35,109 bases of DNA from a virus. Lineage: Duplodnaviria; Caudoviricetes. Under the pieces are notes generated by a model. It had not been told where the DNA came from, did no database searches, and was given only the letters and a program-made list of their open reading frames with translations. Below, one piece after another: positions 17,559 through 26,252 of this stretch; within the stretch, counting starts at the first letter, position 1, and every line of letters starts with the position of its first letter. Position numbers and translations under genes: made by a program. Where the stretch lies: the IMG/VR virus record IMGVR_UViG_3300032212_000094, positions 1 through 35,109 of that record, one strand, 5' to 3'.

Positions 17559-17923
17559 CCGTCAAAGTTAACGATTAATGCGGCAATGACACCGCGCCGG
17601 CGTGCGTCGAGAATGTTCCAGCAGTTGCCGAAGGCTTTGCAGCCGCACTTCTCAAGAAGCTTCTGGCCTTGTTCGGCGTTATAGAAGCTGGCCATGAAGG
17701 CGATCAAGATGCCGTCGTTCTGGCCTTTGTTCTGGATGGCCTTGCGCATCTTGTCCAGGTTCGGCGCAAGCTGTTCTGGTCGTGCTGCTGATTCAACGTC
17801 GCGGCAGTTGTGAAAAAACAAATGATCACCGGCGATAGTTACACCGTCTTTCCATGCCTGCAGGAACGCCTGATTGCATGGAAATAAGGTTTCTTGAGAA
17901 ACGTTTTGTGCTGTTTGAGTCAT
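17546..17923 (-). CDS. Hypothetical protein, first gene of the leftward early operon
   Basis: 125 aa; AAGGGG SD; immediately downstream of the OL operator array. Confidence 0.72.
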   Translation of the reverse strand: MTQTAQNVSQETLFPCNQAFLQAWKDGVTIAGDHLFFHNCRDVESAARPEQLAPNLDKMRKAIQNKGQNDGILIAFMASFYNAEQGQKLLEKCGCKAFGNCWNILDARRRGVIAALIVNFDGWQS

Positions 17924-17958
17924 CTAAAACACCCCTTCTTTTAAGCCCTTTCTTAAAT

Positions 17959-18017
17959 GTAAAGCACGCTTTACCAAAGTAAAGCAATATTTCCAATATA
18001 AGTCAAATACTCTTTAC
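17959..18017. promoter_or_regulatory. OL operator array (three GTAAAG-N4-CTTTAC-like sites)
   Basis: GTAAAGcacgCTTTAC 17959-17974 (perfect arms), GTAAAGcaatATTTCC 17979-17994, GTCAAAtactCTTTAC 18002-18017. Confidence 0.75.
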
Positions 18018-18073
18018 TTCTTGGGTGGTATTATTTTCAAGCGGGATACTGGAGGCGGAATGTCTAAGGGAGG

Positions 18074-18262
18074 TTGTTTGTGGGTTTAAGGGAATGTAGA
18101 GATTGTAATTCAGGTGTTTCGGCTGACGCAGAACAATGCCCGTATTGCGGGGCAATAAATCCTGCGCCATCAATCTTTAGTCTTATTTATGATTTTGTAA
18201 AGCTTGGGGTAACAATGATTTTTTTGGGCTTCTTCGTGTACCTGATGTTTATCGTTTTTTAG
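18074..18262 (+). CDS. Zinc-ribbon membrane protein
   Basis: CxxC..CPxCG plus C-terminal transmembrane helix; AAGGGAGG SD before TTG; convergent with cI. Confidence 0.65.
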   Translation: MFVGLRECRDCNSGVSADAEQCPYCGAINPAPSIFSLIYDFVKLGVTMIFLGFFVYLMFIVF

Positions 18263-18656
18263 ATTTGTCACCGTTATCGTCTATTGAGAGTAGTTTTGCT
18301 AACGATAATATTTGACTTTGCGCGTCTACGGATAGATTTACAAAAATTGATTTTAATTCAATCAATCTTACGTTTTTATAATCACCCTTGCTTTCTTGAA
18401 TAGTGTCTTCGCTGAATAGCTCGTGTGAAAAAACACCACCTTTACCTATATTAATCCATTGAGGGTTAACACCGATAGATTCTTCCAGGGAGAGCAGGGC
18501 GTCTCGCTCAGGCTTAGATAGGCCGCGCTCCCATTGAGAAACAGCCGCTTTGCTTACACCGGCAGCTTTGCCTAGTTCAGTTTGAGTAAAACGCAAGTGT
18601 GTTCTCAGATGCTTAATTCTGTCGGCGACATCGATAATTTCTAATTCTTCATTCAT
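18249..18656 (-). CDS. CI-like repressor (XRE HTH)
   Basis: RIK.LR.....TQ.ELG...GVSK.AVSQWE.G...P; divergent from cro; no S24 peptidase domain visible. Confidence 0.85.
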   Translation of the reverse strand: MNEELEIIDVADRIKHLRTHLRFTQTELGKAAGVSKAAVSQWERGLSKPERDALLSLEESIGVNPQWINIGKGGVFSHELFSEDTIQESKGDYKNVRLIELKSIFVNLSVDAQSQILSLAKLLSIDDNGDKSKKR

Positions 18657-18658
18657 AT

Positions 18659-18718
18659 GTAAAGGATACTCCGCAATAAGGAAAGATATGTTGACTTTTT
18701 AAGTCAAACACGCTTTAC
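18659..18718. promoter_or_regulatory. OR operator array with PR/PRM-like promoters
   Basis: GTAAAGgataCTCCGC 18659, GGAAAGatatGTTGAC 18680, GTCAAAcacgCTTTAC 18703; TTGACT -35 at 18691; TATCCT -10 on the minus strand 6 nt from the cI ATG. Confidence 0.72.
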
Positions 18719-18728
18719 TTTCGATTAT

Positions 18729-18938
18729 ATGAAGATTCATGAAGCAATCAAACTTACTGGCTCGGTCAATAAAAGCGGATTAGCTAAAGCTCTCGGCGTG
18801 AGCAAACAAGCCGTTTCGCAATGGCCTGATGTTATCCGCGACGATGTAGCTGATCGTGTAATTGGTGTCGCCGCAAGGCTTGGCCGATTTGATGAAATAA
18901 ATGCGTACATCAAAGAAGCGAGAGGTGAGGCCGCATGA
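18729..18938 (+). CDS. Cro-like protein
   Basis: 69 aa with LAKALGVSKQAVSQWP HTH. Confidence 0.85.
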   Translation: MKIHEAIKLTGSVNKSGLAKALGVSKQAVSQWPDVIRDDVADRVIGVAARLGRFDEINAYIKEARGEAA

Positions 18939-18983
18939 GTTCCCGTTTCCATTTTATTGCCTGCCTCCTCCAAAAGTGGGTTT

Positions 18984-19012
18984 CTCCCCGTCATGGTGTC
19001 GGGGAGTTTTTT
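18984..19012 (+). terminator. Rho-independent terminator after cro (tR1-like)
   Basis: CTCCCCG...CGGGGAG stem followed by TTTTTT. Confidence 0.7.
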
Positions 19013-19041
19013 AATTCTAATAACAACTAAAGAGAATAATT

Positions 19042-19602
19042 ATGTCTGGTACAGGACAGCGCCCTGAGCATTTGTTGATTCGTGAATATATTGGTGAACT
19101 GGTCGATAAGAGCCACGCCACAAAAAGACAAATTACAGATCACTTTGTTGAAATGTATTGTGAGTTGGTGCCACCTGGTGAAGATGTTCCGGTGCTTAAA
19201 CCTGTCCATCGTCATGACACGGTGGCGCAGAAAGAACACAAAGAAGACGCGAACCTTAAAAAATTGTTTCGTGCCATTAATGGGCCAACTTATTTTCCTA
19301 TCTGTTTTAAAGAACCATTACTGCATGCTTTGGAGTTAGTTAAACCAGGTGCTGGTTTGCAGCTTCGGAAAATATTACTTCGCAATGCCGGCTTGCTTCA
19401 CATGCCGATTAATCATTTAACAAATGCCAATTTTATATACACGGGTATGTTGAAAGAATTTAGCGAGGCAAATGCAAGGTTAGTTGCTGATCTGTCAGAT
19501 GATGGATTGCTTAATGACAAAGATTCGCGTGATGAATTGCTGGATAGCATTGAAATGCATTTGGCAGCATTACTTGAGATAGAAAAAAATACCAATAAAT
19601 AA
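19042..19602 (+). CDS. CII/YdaT-like regulator (tentative)
   Basis: Position directly after cro/tR1; helical with KE..EA...L....DG C-terminal pattern. Confidence 0.5.
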   Translation: MSGTGQRPEHLLIREYIGELVDKSHATKRQITDHFVEMYCELVPPGEDVPVLKPVHRHDTVAQKEHKEDANLKKLFRAINGPTYFPICFKEPLLHALELVKPGAGLQLRKILLRNAGLLHMPINHLTNANFIYTGMLKEFSEANARLVADLSDDGLLNDKDSRDELLDSIEMHLAALLEIEKNTNK

Positions 19603-19636
19603 TAACAAGCACGTTTAATCGTGATTGGAAGGAAGC

Positions 19637-19816
19637 ATGGATGTAACTGATCACGCCACAGAGCGTGAGCAAGAGCAGCGTGATGAAGCTATTAAGCATT
19701 CAATCAATAGCGCTGTTCATAAAGACGGCCCCGAAGACTGCATGAAGTGCGGCGAGATAAATAATCGCCGCAAGCAGGGCTTTGCTGTTTGTTCTGATTG
19801 TGTTGTTCAGCCATGA
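19637..19816 (+). CDS. TraR/DksA-like C4 zinc-finger protein
   Basis: MDxxDxA N-terminus and CxxCG...RR....CxxC. Confidence 0.78.
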   Translation: MDVTDHATEREQEQRDEAIKHSINSAVHKDGPEDCMKCGEINNRRKQGFAVCSDCVVQP

Positions 19817-20046
19817 ATAATTCTCAGCAAATCATTGATCGCTTAAAGAAACTGCTACCGGAACTTGAGTATGCGCGAGAAACACATCGTCAATGGAGCG
19901 AATGCCCTCAAGAGTTTCGCGATAAAAATCCTGACTCTGGTGATGCTGAATTTCACTCGAAGTACGTAGGTATTTACAACGAAAGAATTTCAGCAATAGA
20001 GGAGGCTGTGAATTATTTGCAATCGCAGCCATGTACCCATGAATAA
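19813..20046 (+). CDS. Hypothetical protein
   Basis: ATGA overlap with the TraR-like gene; helical; overlaps the primase start. Confidence 0.62.
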   Translation: MNNSQQIIDRLKKLLPELEYARETHRQWSECPQEFRDKNPDSGDAEFHSKYVGIYNERISAIEEAVNYLQSQPCTHE

Positions 20047-21052
20047 CGTTCACCAAGAATTAGATAAGATTCATGCGTTGGCAGCAAGTGCAGGGCTGTT
20101 GGTTGATTCGCTTGTGCTGGATGGCCAGTGGCATCGTGTGCCGGTAGAAGGCAAGAAGGCAACTAATAAGGCTGGCGCATATTGTTTGAGCGAGTTCCCA
20201 TTAAGCAATGGTAACGTTGCGATTGTTGGCATGATTTCTAATTGGATAACCGGCGTTGAAGAACGTGTGACGCTGGAAGGCGTTGAAGGCGTTACGCCAG
20301 AAGAAATTGCTAAAGCAAAAAAACATGCACGTGACGCTGCAGAGAAAAGCAAACAGGAAAAGAAAGTGCTGCAGGCTGAAACGGCTAAACGTGCGCAAGA
20401 TATTTTCCGCAAGTTACCCGAAACAGGTTCATCTGATTATCTTAAACGAAAACAAGTAAAAGCCTGGGGCGTTAGATTCTCTCGCGGTTCGATATGCGTG
20501 CCTGCGCGTGATGTTGATGACAAGTTGTGGACGTTGCAGTGGATCGATAAGGAAGGCAATAAACGTTTTTTAACCGGCGGAGCGAAGCGTGGCCGGTTTC
20601 ATTTAATAGGCGAGATGCCCGAAGGGCAACCTTTTGATTCTCTTGGTGTCGCAGAAGGTTATGCTACTGGTGCAACAATCCGCGAGACAATGCCGATATC
20701 GATTGCCGTGGCATTTGATGCAGGTAATATACTGCCGGTCGCGCAAGCGTTTAGAAAAAAATTCCCCAAAATACGACTTGTGTTCTTTGCTGATGATGAT
20801 CGGCATAACGGTTATCCGCAGGCCTTCATTAAGCGTTCAGAGTTAAACCCTGACGTTAAGGATGTGATGAATGAATTGCATCGAGTGAGGCCTGATGTGT
20901 CTGTTGAGGTCGTCAGCGATGATGATGCTCGCCTTAAAGATATAAACAAACACCACAACACAGGTGTTGCTAAGGCCATATTGGCCGCAGCCCGTGTTGG
21001 TAATGCTGTTGTTTTAATTCCGCACTTTAAAAATAACGAGAGCAATGCATGA
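20039..21052 (+). CDS. TOPRIM DNA primase (P4/TraC-like)
   Basis: YL.RK, LQ.I...G.KRF..GG, AEGYATG, AFDAGN and ADDD motifs. Confidence 0.88.
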   Translation: MNNVHQELDKIHALAASAGLLVDSLVLDGQWHRVPVEGKKATNKAGAYCLSEFPLSNGNVAIVGMISNWITGVEERVTLEGVEGVTPEEIAKAKKHARDAAEKSKQEKKVLQAETAKRAQDIFRKLPETGSSDYLKRKQVKAWGVRFSRGSICVPARDVDDKLWTLQWIDKEGNKRFLTGGAKRGRFHLIGEMPEGQPFDSLGVAEGYATGATIRETMPISIAVAFDAGNILPVAQAFRKKFPKIRLVFFADDDRHNGYPQAFIKRSELNPDVKDVMNELHRVRPDVSVEVVSDDDARLKDINKHHNTGVAKAILAAARVGNAVVLIPHFKNNESNA

Positions 21053-22494
21053 GCGGTAACAAGCCCACAGATTTTAATGACCAACTGATTCTTGATGGTC
21101 GCGATTCGTTGCATACGAATATTATGCAAGATCTCGGTTCGCATGCTGACAAGCAAACACAAAGTACCGCAGCGGCGCAGCCTGACGGTCGCGATATACC
21201 TCAAATAGAGGAAATTCCATTACCAGATGAAATGCCGCCTGAATTTGAAGATGTTGATAACGATGAATGGCGCGAAATGTTTGAGCGAACGCGAGATCGT
21301 GGCCTAAAGGCATCAGTTAAGAACATTACGCTGATATTGCAATACGATGAACGGTGGAAAGATGTCATTGCTTATTGTGATTTCAGTTATCGCATATTAA
21401 AACTTTCTAAACCACCGATGCCGCATTGTGATGCGGGCGAGTGGGATGACTCTGACACTGCCGCGTTACGTGTTTGGACTTCGCATCAATACAGGTTCAC
21501 GCCATCACATGCTGATATTGCCGACGCCTTGGTTGTTGTTGGTAGGTCGCGGCGATTTCATCCTGTTCAAGATTATCTTAATAGCGTTGATTGGGATGGT
21601 GAGCATCGACTTAAAACATGGATGCTTGACGCGTTAGGTGCAACCGATGACGAACGTTATCTTGAGGTCGTTGGAACTTGTTTCATGATTGGTGCGGTAG
21701 CGCGCGTGATGAAACCTGGCTGCAAGATGGATAACGTGATGATTCTCGAAGGGCCACAAGGCAAAGGCAAGTCAACCATCGTTGAGGCCTTGTTTGGTGA
21801 ATGGTTCAGTGATGCCCAGCTGCCCATTGGTGATAAGGATGCTTACCAGGTTATTCAGGGCGTGTGGGGCTTCGAGCTTGCCGAGTTAGATTCATTTAAT
21901 AAATCAGAAACAACCACGTTAAAACAATTTTTCTCACAGCGCATTGATAGGTTCCGGCCAAGTTATGGTCGGCATGCTGTGAACTTCCCGCGCCAGACGG
22001 TGTTCATGGGCACGACTAATCAGGATGCATATCTTAGAGATTATACGGGCAACCGCAGGTTTTGGCCGTCGTATTGTTCAAAGTTAAATCTCCAATGGGT
22101 AAAAGATAATCGCGACCAATTATGGGCTGAGGCAGCGCAGCTTTTTAAAGCTGACGTCCAATGGTGGGTGTCTGAGGATGATTTGGGTGTCGTTATTGAT
22201 GCGCAGGATGCGCGATTGCAACGTGACCCGTGGGAAGACAAGTTAAGAACTTGGCTATCAGGAATGACAGAGCCTCATATCTCATCAGCGACATTATTAG
22301 AAGATTGTTTGGGTATTGATGGCGCGCACATGCAGCAAATGCACATGAATCGGCTCGCTCCAATTATGAAATCGTTAGGTTGGGAAACAAAACGTATTCG
22401 AATTACTGACCCATTTAATGCCAAAAAGAAAATCCAAGTGCGTGTGTGGTTTAGCCCTGATGTTGTGGATAACTATGATGAGGTGCCGCTTTGA
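21049..22494 (+). CDS. VapE-family SF3 helicase
   Basis: PGCK.D, Walker A GPQGKGKST, ELAEL, D.FRPSYGR, GTTN...YL.D.TGNRRFWP, RDQLWAEA. Confidence 0.9.
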   Translation: MSGNKPTDFNDQLILDGRDSLHTNIMQDLGSHADKQTQSTAAAQPDGRDIPQIEEIPLPDEMPPEFEDVDNDEWREMFERTRDRGLKASVKNITLILQYDERWKDVIAYCDFSYRILKLSKPPMPHCDAGEWDDSDTAALRVWTSHQYRFTPSHADIADALVVVGRSRRFHPVQDYLNSVDWDGEHRLKTWMLDALGATDDERYLEVVGTCFMIGAVARVMKPGCKMDNVMILEGPQGKGKSTIVEALFGEWFSDAQLPIGDKDAYQVIQGVWGFELAELDSFNKSETTTLKQFFSQRIDRFRPSYGRHAVNFPRQTVFMGTTNQDAYLRDYTGNRRFWPSYCSKLNLQWVKDNRDQLWAEAAQLFKADVQWWVSEDDLGVVIDAQDARLQRDPWEDKLRTWLSGMTEPHISSATLLEDCLGIDGAHMQQMHMNRLAPIMKSLGWETKRIRITDPFNAKKKIQVRVWFSPDVVDNYDEVPL

Positions 22495-22522
22495 ATAAAA
22501 AACAAACAAATAAACGGCATTT

Positions 22523-22759
22523 TGTGACACCTGTGACACCCTACCTTTCGAGGGTGTCACAGCTACAAGCCAATAATAGCGAGGGCTGTGACACCTGTGA
22601 CACCTGTGACACCCGATCCCTATGCACACACGCACGCGCGCGCACGCGCGCACATGCGGATATTCAGGTGTCACGTATGTCACAAGGTAATTATTCCATA
22701 AGGAACATCGGCTTATGAGTGTGACGGCCTCAAATAGCAGGGTGTCACAGGTGTCACAC
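22523..22759. repeat. Putative replication origin: TGTGACAC iterons and alternating purine-pyrimidine tract
   Basis: Five direct TGTGACAC copies (22523, 22532, 22587, 22596, 22605) and about five inverted GTGTCAC-type copies; 38-nt RY tract at 22621-22658; directly after the helicase. Confidence 0.72.
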
Positions 22760-23080
22760 CATGATTTCGAACGTATTGATAAATACCGCTCACAAAATGC
22801 ACTTGGTTATCAGGTGTGTGCGAGCAGGAAAAAGGTTGGCTGGTGTTTCATTGCATCAGGCCCCAAGGAAAAGGCGGTGATGGTTGATGGCTTATCAACG
22901 TTCGACGGCCATCCATACAAAGTTAGTTATGAGCTTGGTGATGTTGTTCCGCCTGCTACTGATTACCGAACCAAGTCAGCACGTCGATTGCTTGGCATCT
23001 TTCATGACAATGATTATGGCAGTGTTGATGATGCTCGCCATGCTGCACAACTTGCATGCGTCCAGGATAGTGAGCGATGA
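22715..23080 (+). CDS. Hypothetical protein
   Basis: 121-aa ORF between origin and cos. Confidence 0.6.
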   Translation: MSVTASNSRVSQVSHHDFERIDKYRSQNALGYQVCASRKKVGWCFIASGPKEKAVMVDGLSTFDGHPYKVSYELGDVVPPATDYRTKSARRLLGIFHDNDYGSVDDARHAAQLACVQDSER

Positions 23081-23089
23081 ATAACTTTA

Positions 23090-23132
23090 AGGTACTTCCC
23101 AAGAAGCTCTTATGCGGAGGCGGGAACCCGCA
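23090..23132 (+). other. Putative lambda-type cos site (cosQ-like AGGTACT; cosN TGCG-GAGGCGGGAACC-CGCA)
   Basis: 12-nt core at 23117-23128 flanked by inverted TGCG/CGCA, just upstream of terS; layout parallels lambda GGGTCCT...ACG-GGGCGGCGACCT-CGC. Confidence 0.68.
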
Positions 23133-23206
23133 GAATTTGATTAGTTTTTGGTTTGTTAGTTTGCCTAACACCGAACAGATGTGCCACCTAACAGGTGAAA
23201 TCAATA

Positions 23207-23713
23207 ATGACTGATAGCGCAGCGAAAACTGAAAATGAAGTTTGTCAGGCAGAGTTCGCCAGACGCATCAAGGTGTCGCGTGCGACGGTTTCTGAATACA
23301 AGGGCAAGGGCTGGCTGGTGTTTAGTTCTACTGGAATGGTTGATGTGAAGGCGTCTACGGCTGAAATAAAGAAGTACAAAGATGTATCAAGGGGCGGAAA
23401 TCGCGCGAAAAAGCCTGCGGCAGGCAGCGGCAAATTCAACGATGCTAAAGCTAAAGAAATGCAGATGCGTGCTGACAAGGCTGAGCTTGAGCTTCTTGAG
23501 AAACAAGGTTCGTTGGTCAGTCGTGAGCGTGTTGAGCTTGCGGCGTTTACGTTGGCGCGTGCGGCGCAGGAAGGGTTGATGTCAATTCCAGATCGATTGT
23601 CATCACTGCTGGCTGCTGAGTCTGATCCTGCTGTTATTCACAAAATGATTTCAGATGAAATTCGAGGCGTGGCAAATACGTTAGCAGATAGCGCGAAAGG
23701 AATGTTTGAATGA
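23207..23713 (+). CDS. Terminase small subunit (Nu1-like)
   Basis: N-terminal wHTH (QAEFAR...VSR..VS...KG.L); A...EL....G.LV and L..IP.RL...LA motifs. Confidence 0.85.
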   Translation: MTDSAAKTENEVCQAEFARRIKVSRATVSEYKGKGWLVFSSTGMVDVKASTAEIKKYKDVSRGGNRAKKPAAGSGKFNDAKAKEMQMRADKAELELLEKQGSLVSRERVELAAFTLARAAQEGLMSIPDRLSSLLAAESDPAVIHKMISDEIRGVANTLADSAKGMFE

Positions 23714-25704
23714 GCGCTGCTGCTGAAATGGTTCAGGAAACCATTCGTGTTGCCGACGGTGAGCAAACGTTTGTTGATGCGTGGTCTGATGGTTGGCGTG
23801 TACCTGAACCAATGCCCGTTGATGAGTGGGCTGATGAACATCGGGTGTTAGCAAAAGAAAGCTCATCGGAGCCTGGGCCGTGGCGAACTGACCGCGTGCC
23901 ATTTGCACGTGAGCCAATGCAGGTGTTGAGTGATGATCATCCTTGCAAGCGCGTGGTGATGATGTACGCCACGCAAATCACAAAGACTGAAACAGGCAAC
24001 AACTGGATCGGTTCAGTGATACATCAAAACCCTGGGCCAATGATGGTCGTGCAACCGACTGTTGAAATGGGCAAGCGTTGGACGCGGCAACGTTTTCAGC
24101 CAATGGTGAAATTATCAAAACCGTTGCATGGATTGGTGGCCACTGCTGTTAGTCGTGACAGTACCAACACAACAACCATGAAAGAGTTCCCTGGCGGCTT
24201 CTTGGTTATCGCCGGTTCAAACTCTGCTGCTTCGTTGGCATCGATGCCAGTTCGTTATCTCTATCTGGATGAACCTGATCGTTATCCTGATGATGTTGAT
24301 GATGAAGGTCATCCTGTTGATGTTGCTGATCGTCGTACATCCTCATTCCCGCGTCGCAAGGTATTGCTGACATCATCGCCCACGGTGAAAGGTGAGTCGG
24401 TTATCGAGTCAGAATACGAGCTATCCGATCAGCGTCATTACCATGTGCCTTGTCCTTACTGTGAACATGAGCAAGTGCTTATCGATGAACGCCTGACCGA
24501 TGATGGCCAGTTTGTTTGTGAAGACTGTGGCGAGTTAATCGAGGAACATCATAAAACTGAAATGCTGGCCAATGGTCGCTGGATAGCTGAAAACCCTGAT
24601 AGCGATGTGCCAGGCTTTCATCTGCCTAGTTACTATGCGCCGCTTGGTCTTGGTTACAGCTGGCAAGAAATTGCTGACATGCGTACAGCTGCACGCGGCA
24701 ATCCGAAAAAAGAAAAGACTTATACCAATACCATCATGGCTGAAACCTACGAGGATGAGAGTGGTAAGGTTGATTGGCGTGAAGTGCAAAAGCGCGCCGG
24801 CGGTTACAGTAGTCGCACCATTCCTGTCGATTGTTTGATGCTGACAGCTGGTATCGATGTTCAAGATGATCGCTTTGCTATTCACATCACCGGCTTTGGC
24901 AGAGGTGAGCGTGTATGGGCAATTGATTACTTTGAAGTACCTGCAGATCCCGCGTTGCAAACAGACTGGGATAAGCTTGATGGCTTGGTGCTGGATTTAA
25001 TTTTTACCAATCGCTTCGGTGTGGAAATGAAAGTGCTGGCCACGGGCATTGATACTGGTGGCCACCATACTCACATGGCTTACAAGTTCGCGCGTACTCG
25101 CAAGCATAAACGCGTGCTGGCAGTGAAGGGTTCTCGCTATCCAAACAAACCAATCATTGCTGCACGGCCAAGCGCGATGGATGTGAATATTAACGGCAAG
25201 AAAATTCGCGCTGGTGTTGATCTGTGGTTTGTTGGTACCGACACAGCCAAGGGCGCTATCTATGCCAAGCTGCATGCAGATGAAGGTGCCGATCCAAATG
25301 AATACCGATTTAATACACCGAGCGATTTAACAGATGACTATTATCAGCAGCTAACAGCAGAGCGTTATGACTCTGAGGTTGGCCGTTGGGTTAAGCCGCG
25401 GCATAAACGAAATGAAGTAATTGACTGTGTGGTGTATAGCTACGCTGCAGCATGTCATCCATCTGTTCGTGTTCACATGCTCAGAGATCGTGACTGGGAA
25501 AATATAGAATCAATCGTGCAACCAGTTATCAAAGATATGTTTGCGAATGAGCCTGAGCAAGACGAAAACGTTTCACATGAAACATCTGACGATGCGAAAA
25601 AAGAAAAAACTCAATCAACCGATAAACCAAAAACAACTAATCCCAACCGTTCGCGTAAGTCGCGTGGGCGAAAGGGCAGCTATGTAGGAGATTGGAAAAA
25701 ATGA
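23710..25704 (+). CDS. Terminase large subunit (lambda gpA family)
   Basis: EWA..R, PG.WR..R.P, Q..KTE, LDE.DRYP, SSPT, PCP.C, G.D.Q, IDTGG and RNE..DC motifs. Confidence 0.95.
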   Translation: MSAAAEMVQETIRVADGEQTFVDAWSDGWRVPEPMPVDEWADEHRVLAKESSSEPGPWRTDRVPFAREPMQVLSDDHPCKRVVMMYATQITKTETGNNWIGSVIHQNPGPMMVVQPTVEMGKRWTRQRFQPMVKLSKPLHGLVATAVSRDSTNTTTMKEFPGGFLVIAGSNSAASLASMPVRYLYLDEPDRYPDDVDDEGHPVDVADRRTSSFPRRKVLLTSSPTVKGESVIESEYELSDQRHYHVPCPYCEHEQVLIDERLTDDGQFVCEDCGELIEEHHKTEMLANGRWIAENPDSDVPGFHLPSYYAPLGLGYSWQEIADMRTAARGNPKKEKTYTNTIMAETYEDESGKVDWREVQKRAGGYSSRTIPVDCLMLTAGIDVQDDRFAIHITGFGRGERVWAIDYFEVPADPALQTDWDKLDGLVLDLIFTNRFGVEMKVLATGIDTGGHHTHMAYKFARTRKHKRVLAVKGSRYPNKPIIAARPSAMDVNINGKKIRAGVDLWFVGTDTAKGAIYAKLHADEGADPNEYRFNTPSDLTDDYYQQLTAERYDSEVGRWVKPRHKRNEVIDCVVYSYAAACHPSVRVHMLRDRDWENIESIVQPVIKDMFANEPEQDENVSHETSDDAKKEKTQSTDKPKTTNPNRSRKSRGRKGSYVGDWKK

Positions 25705-26249
25705 AAACTGAACCAGGTGAAATAACAGTAGGCGGCAGTTTGGATTGGAGCGTTACGCTGGCCGACTACCCAGCGCCAGATTGGGTGCTGCATTATGCGT
25801 TCTTCAATGGAACGGCTAATGGCAGTTTTGATGCAGCTGCTGATGGCAGTGATCACAAGGTGGACTTAACTTCTGCGGTGACTGGTACGTGGGCAGCTGG
25901 CCGTTACAACTGGACTGCATACGTCACAAAAGGCGATGAGCAAAAGAGTGTTGGTGAAGGCGTGTTTATCTTTAAGCCAAACCCAACCGTGGCCACGAAT
26001 CTTGATGGTCGTTCTCACGCCAGAAAAATGCTCGAAGCGATTGAGGCAACGCTGGAAGGTCGCGGCACTGCAGATGAACTGGATTTGGTTAAAGGGCAGT
26101 TTGGTGAACGAGCTATTGAACGTAACCTTGATATGGTTCAAAAGTGGCGCCGTAAATATCGTGATGAGGTTGAAGCTGAAGACTCAGCGCAGGCGATGGC
26201 AGATGGCGAGCCGGCACCTAAGAATATTCACGTTAAGTTCACAGGTTAG
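25701..26249 (+). CDS. Head-tail adaptor / gpW-like head completion protein with N-terminal beta domain
   Basis: ATGA overlap with terL; D.RSHA.K.L.AIEA..EGR motif; position before the portal. Confidence 0.62.
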   Translation: MKTEPGEITVGGSLDWSVTLADYPAPDWVLHYAFFNGTANGSFDAAADGSDHKVDLTSAVTGTWAAGRYNWTAYVTKGDEQKSVGEGVFIFKPNPTVATNLDGRSHARKMLEAIEATLEGRGTADELDLVKGQFGERAIERNLDMVQKWRRKYRDEVEAEDSAQAMADGEPAPKNIHVKFTG

Positions 26250-26252
26250 GTT

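Noticed and set aside
21020-21052. Programmed -1 frameshift fusing primase and helicase at TTTAAAAA
   Set aside because: The heptamer is out of register with the primase frame and a TAA blocks the -1 frame before the helicase ATG
22491-22718. 75-aa ORF (TPVTP, CDTCDTCDT, ARARTRA)
   Set aside because: The apparent Cys motif and low complexity are translations of the origin iterons and RY tract; TTG start; coding status unsupported
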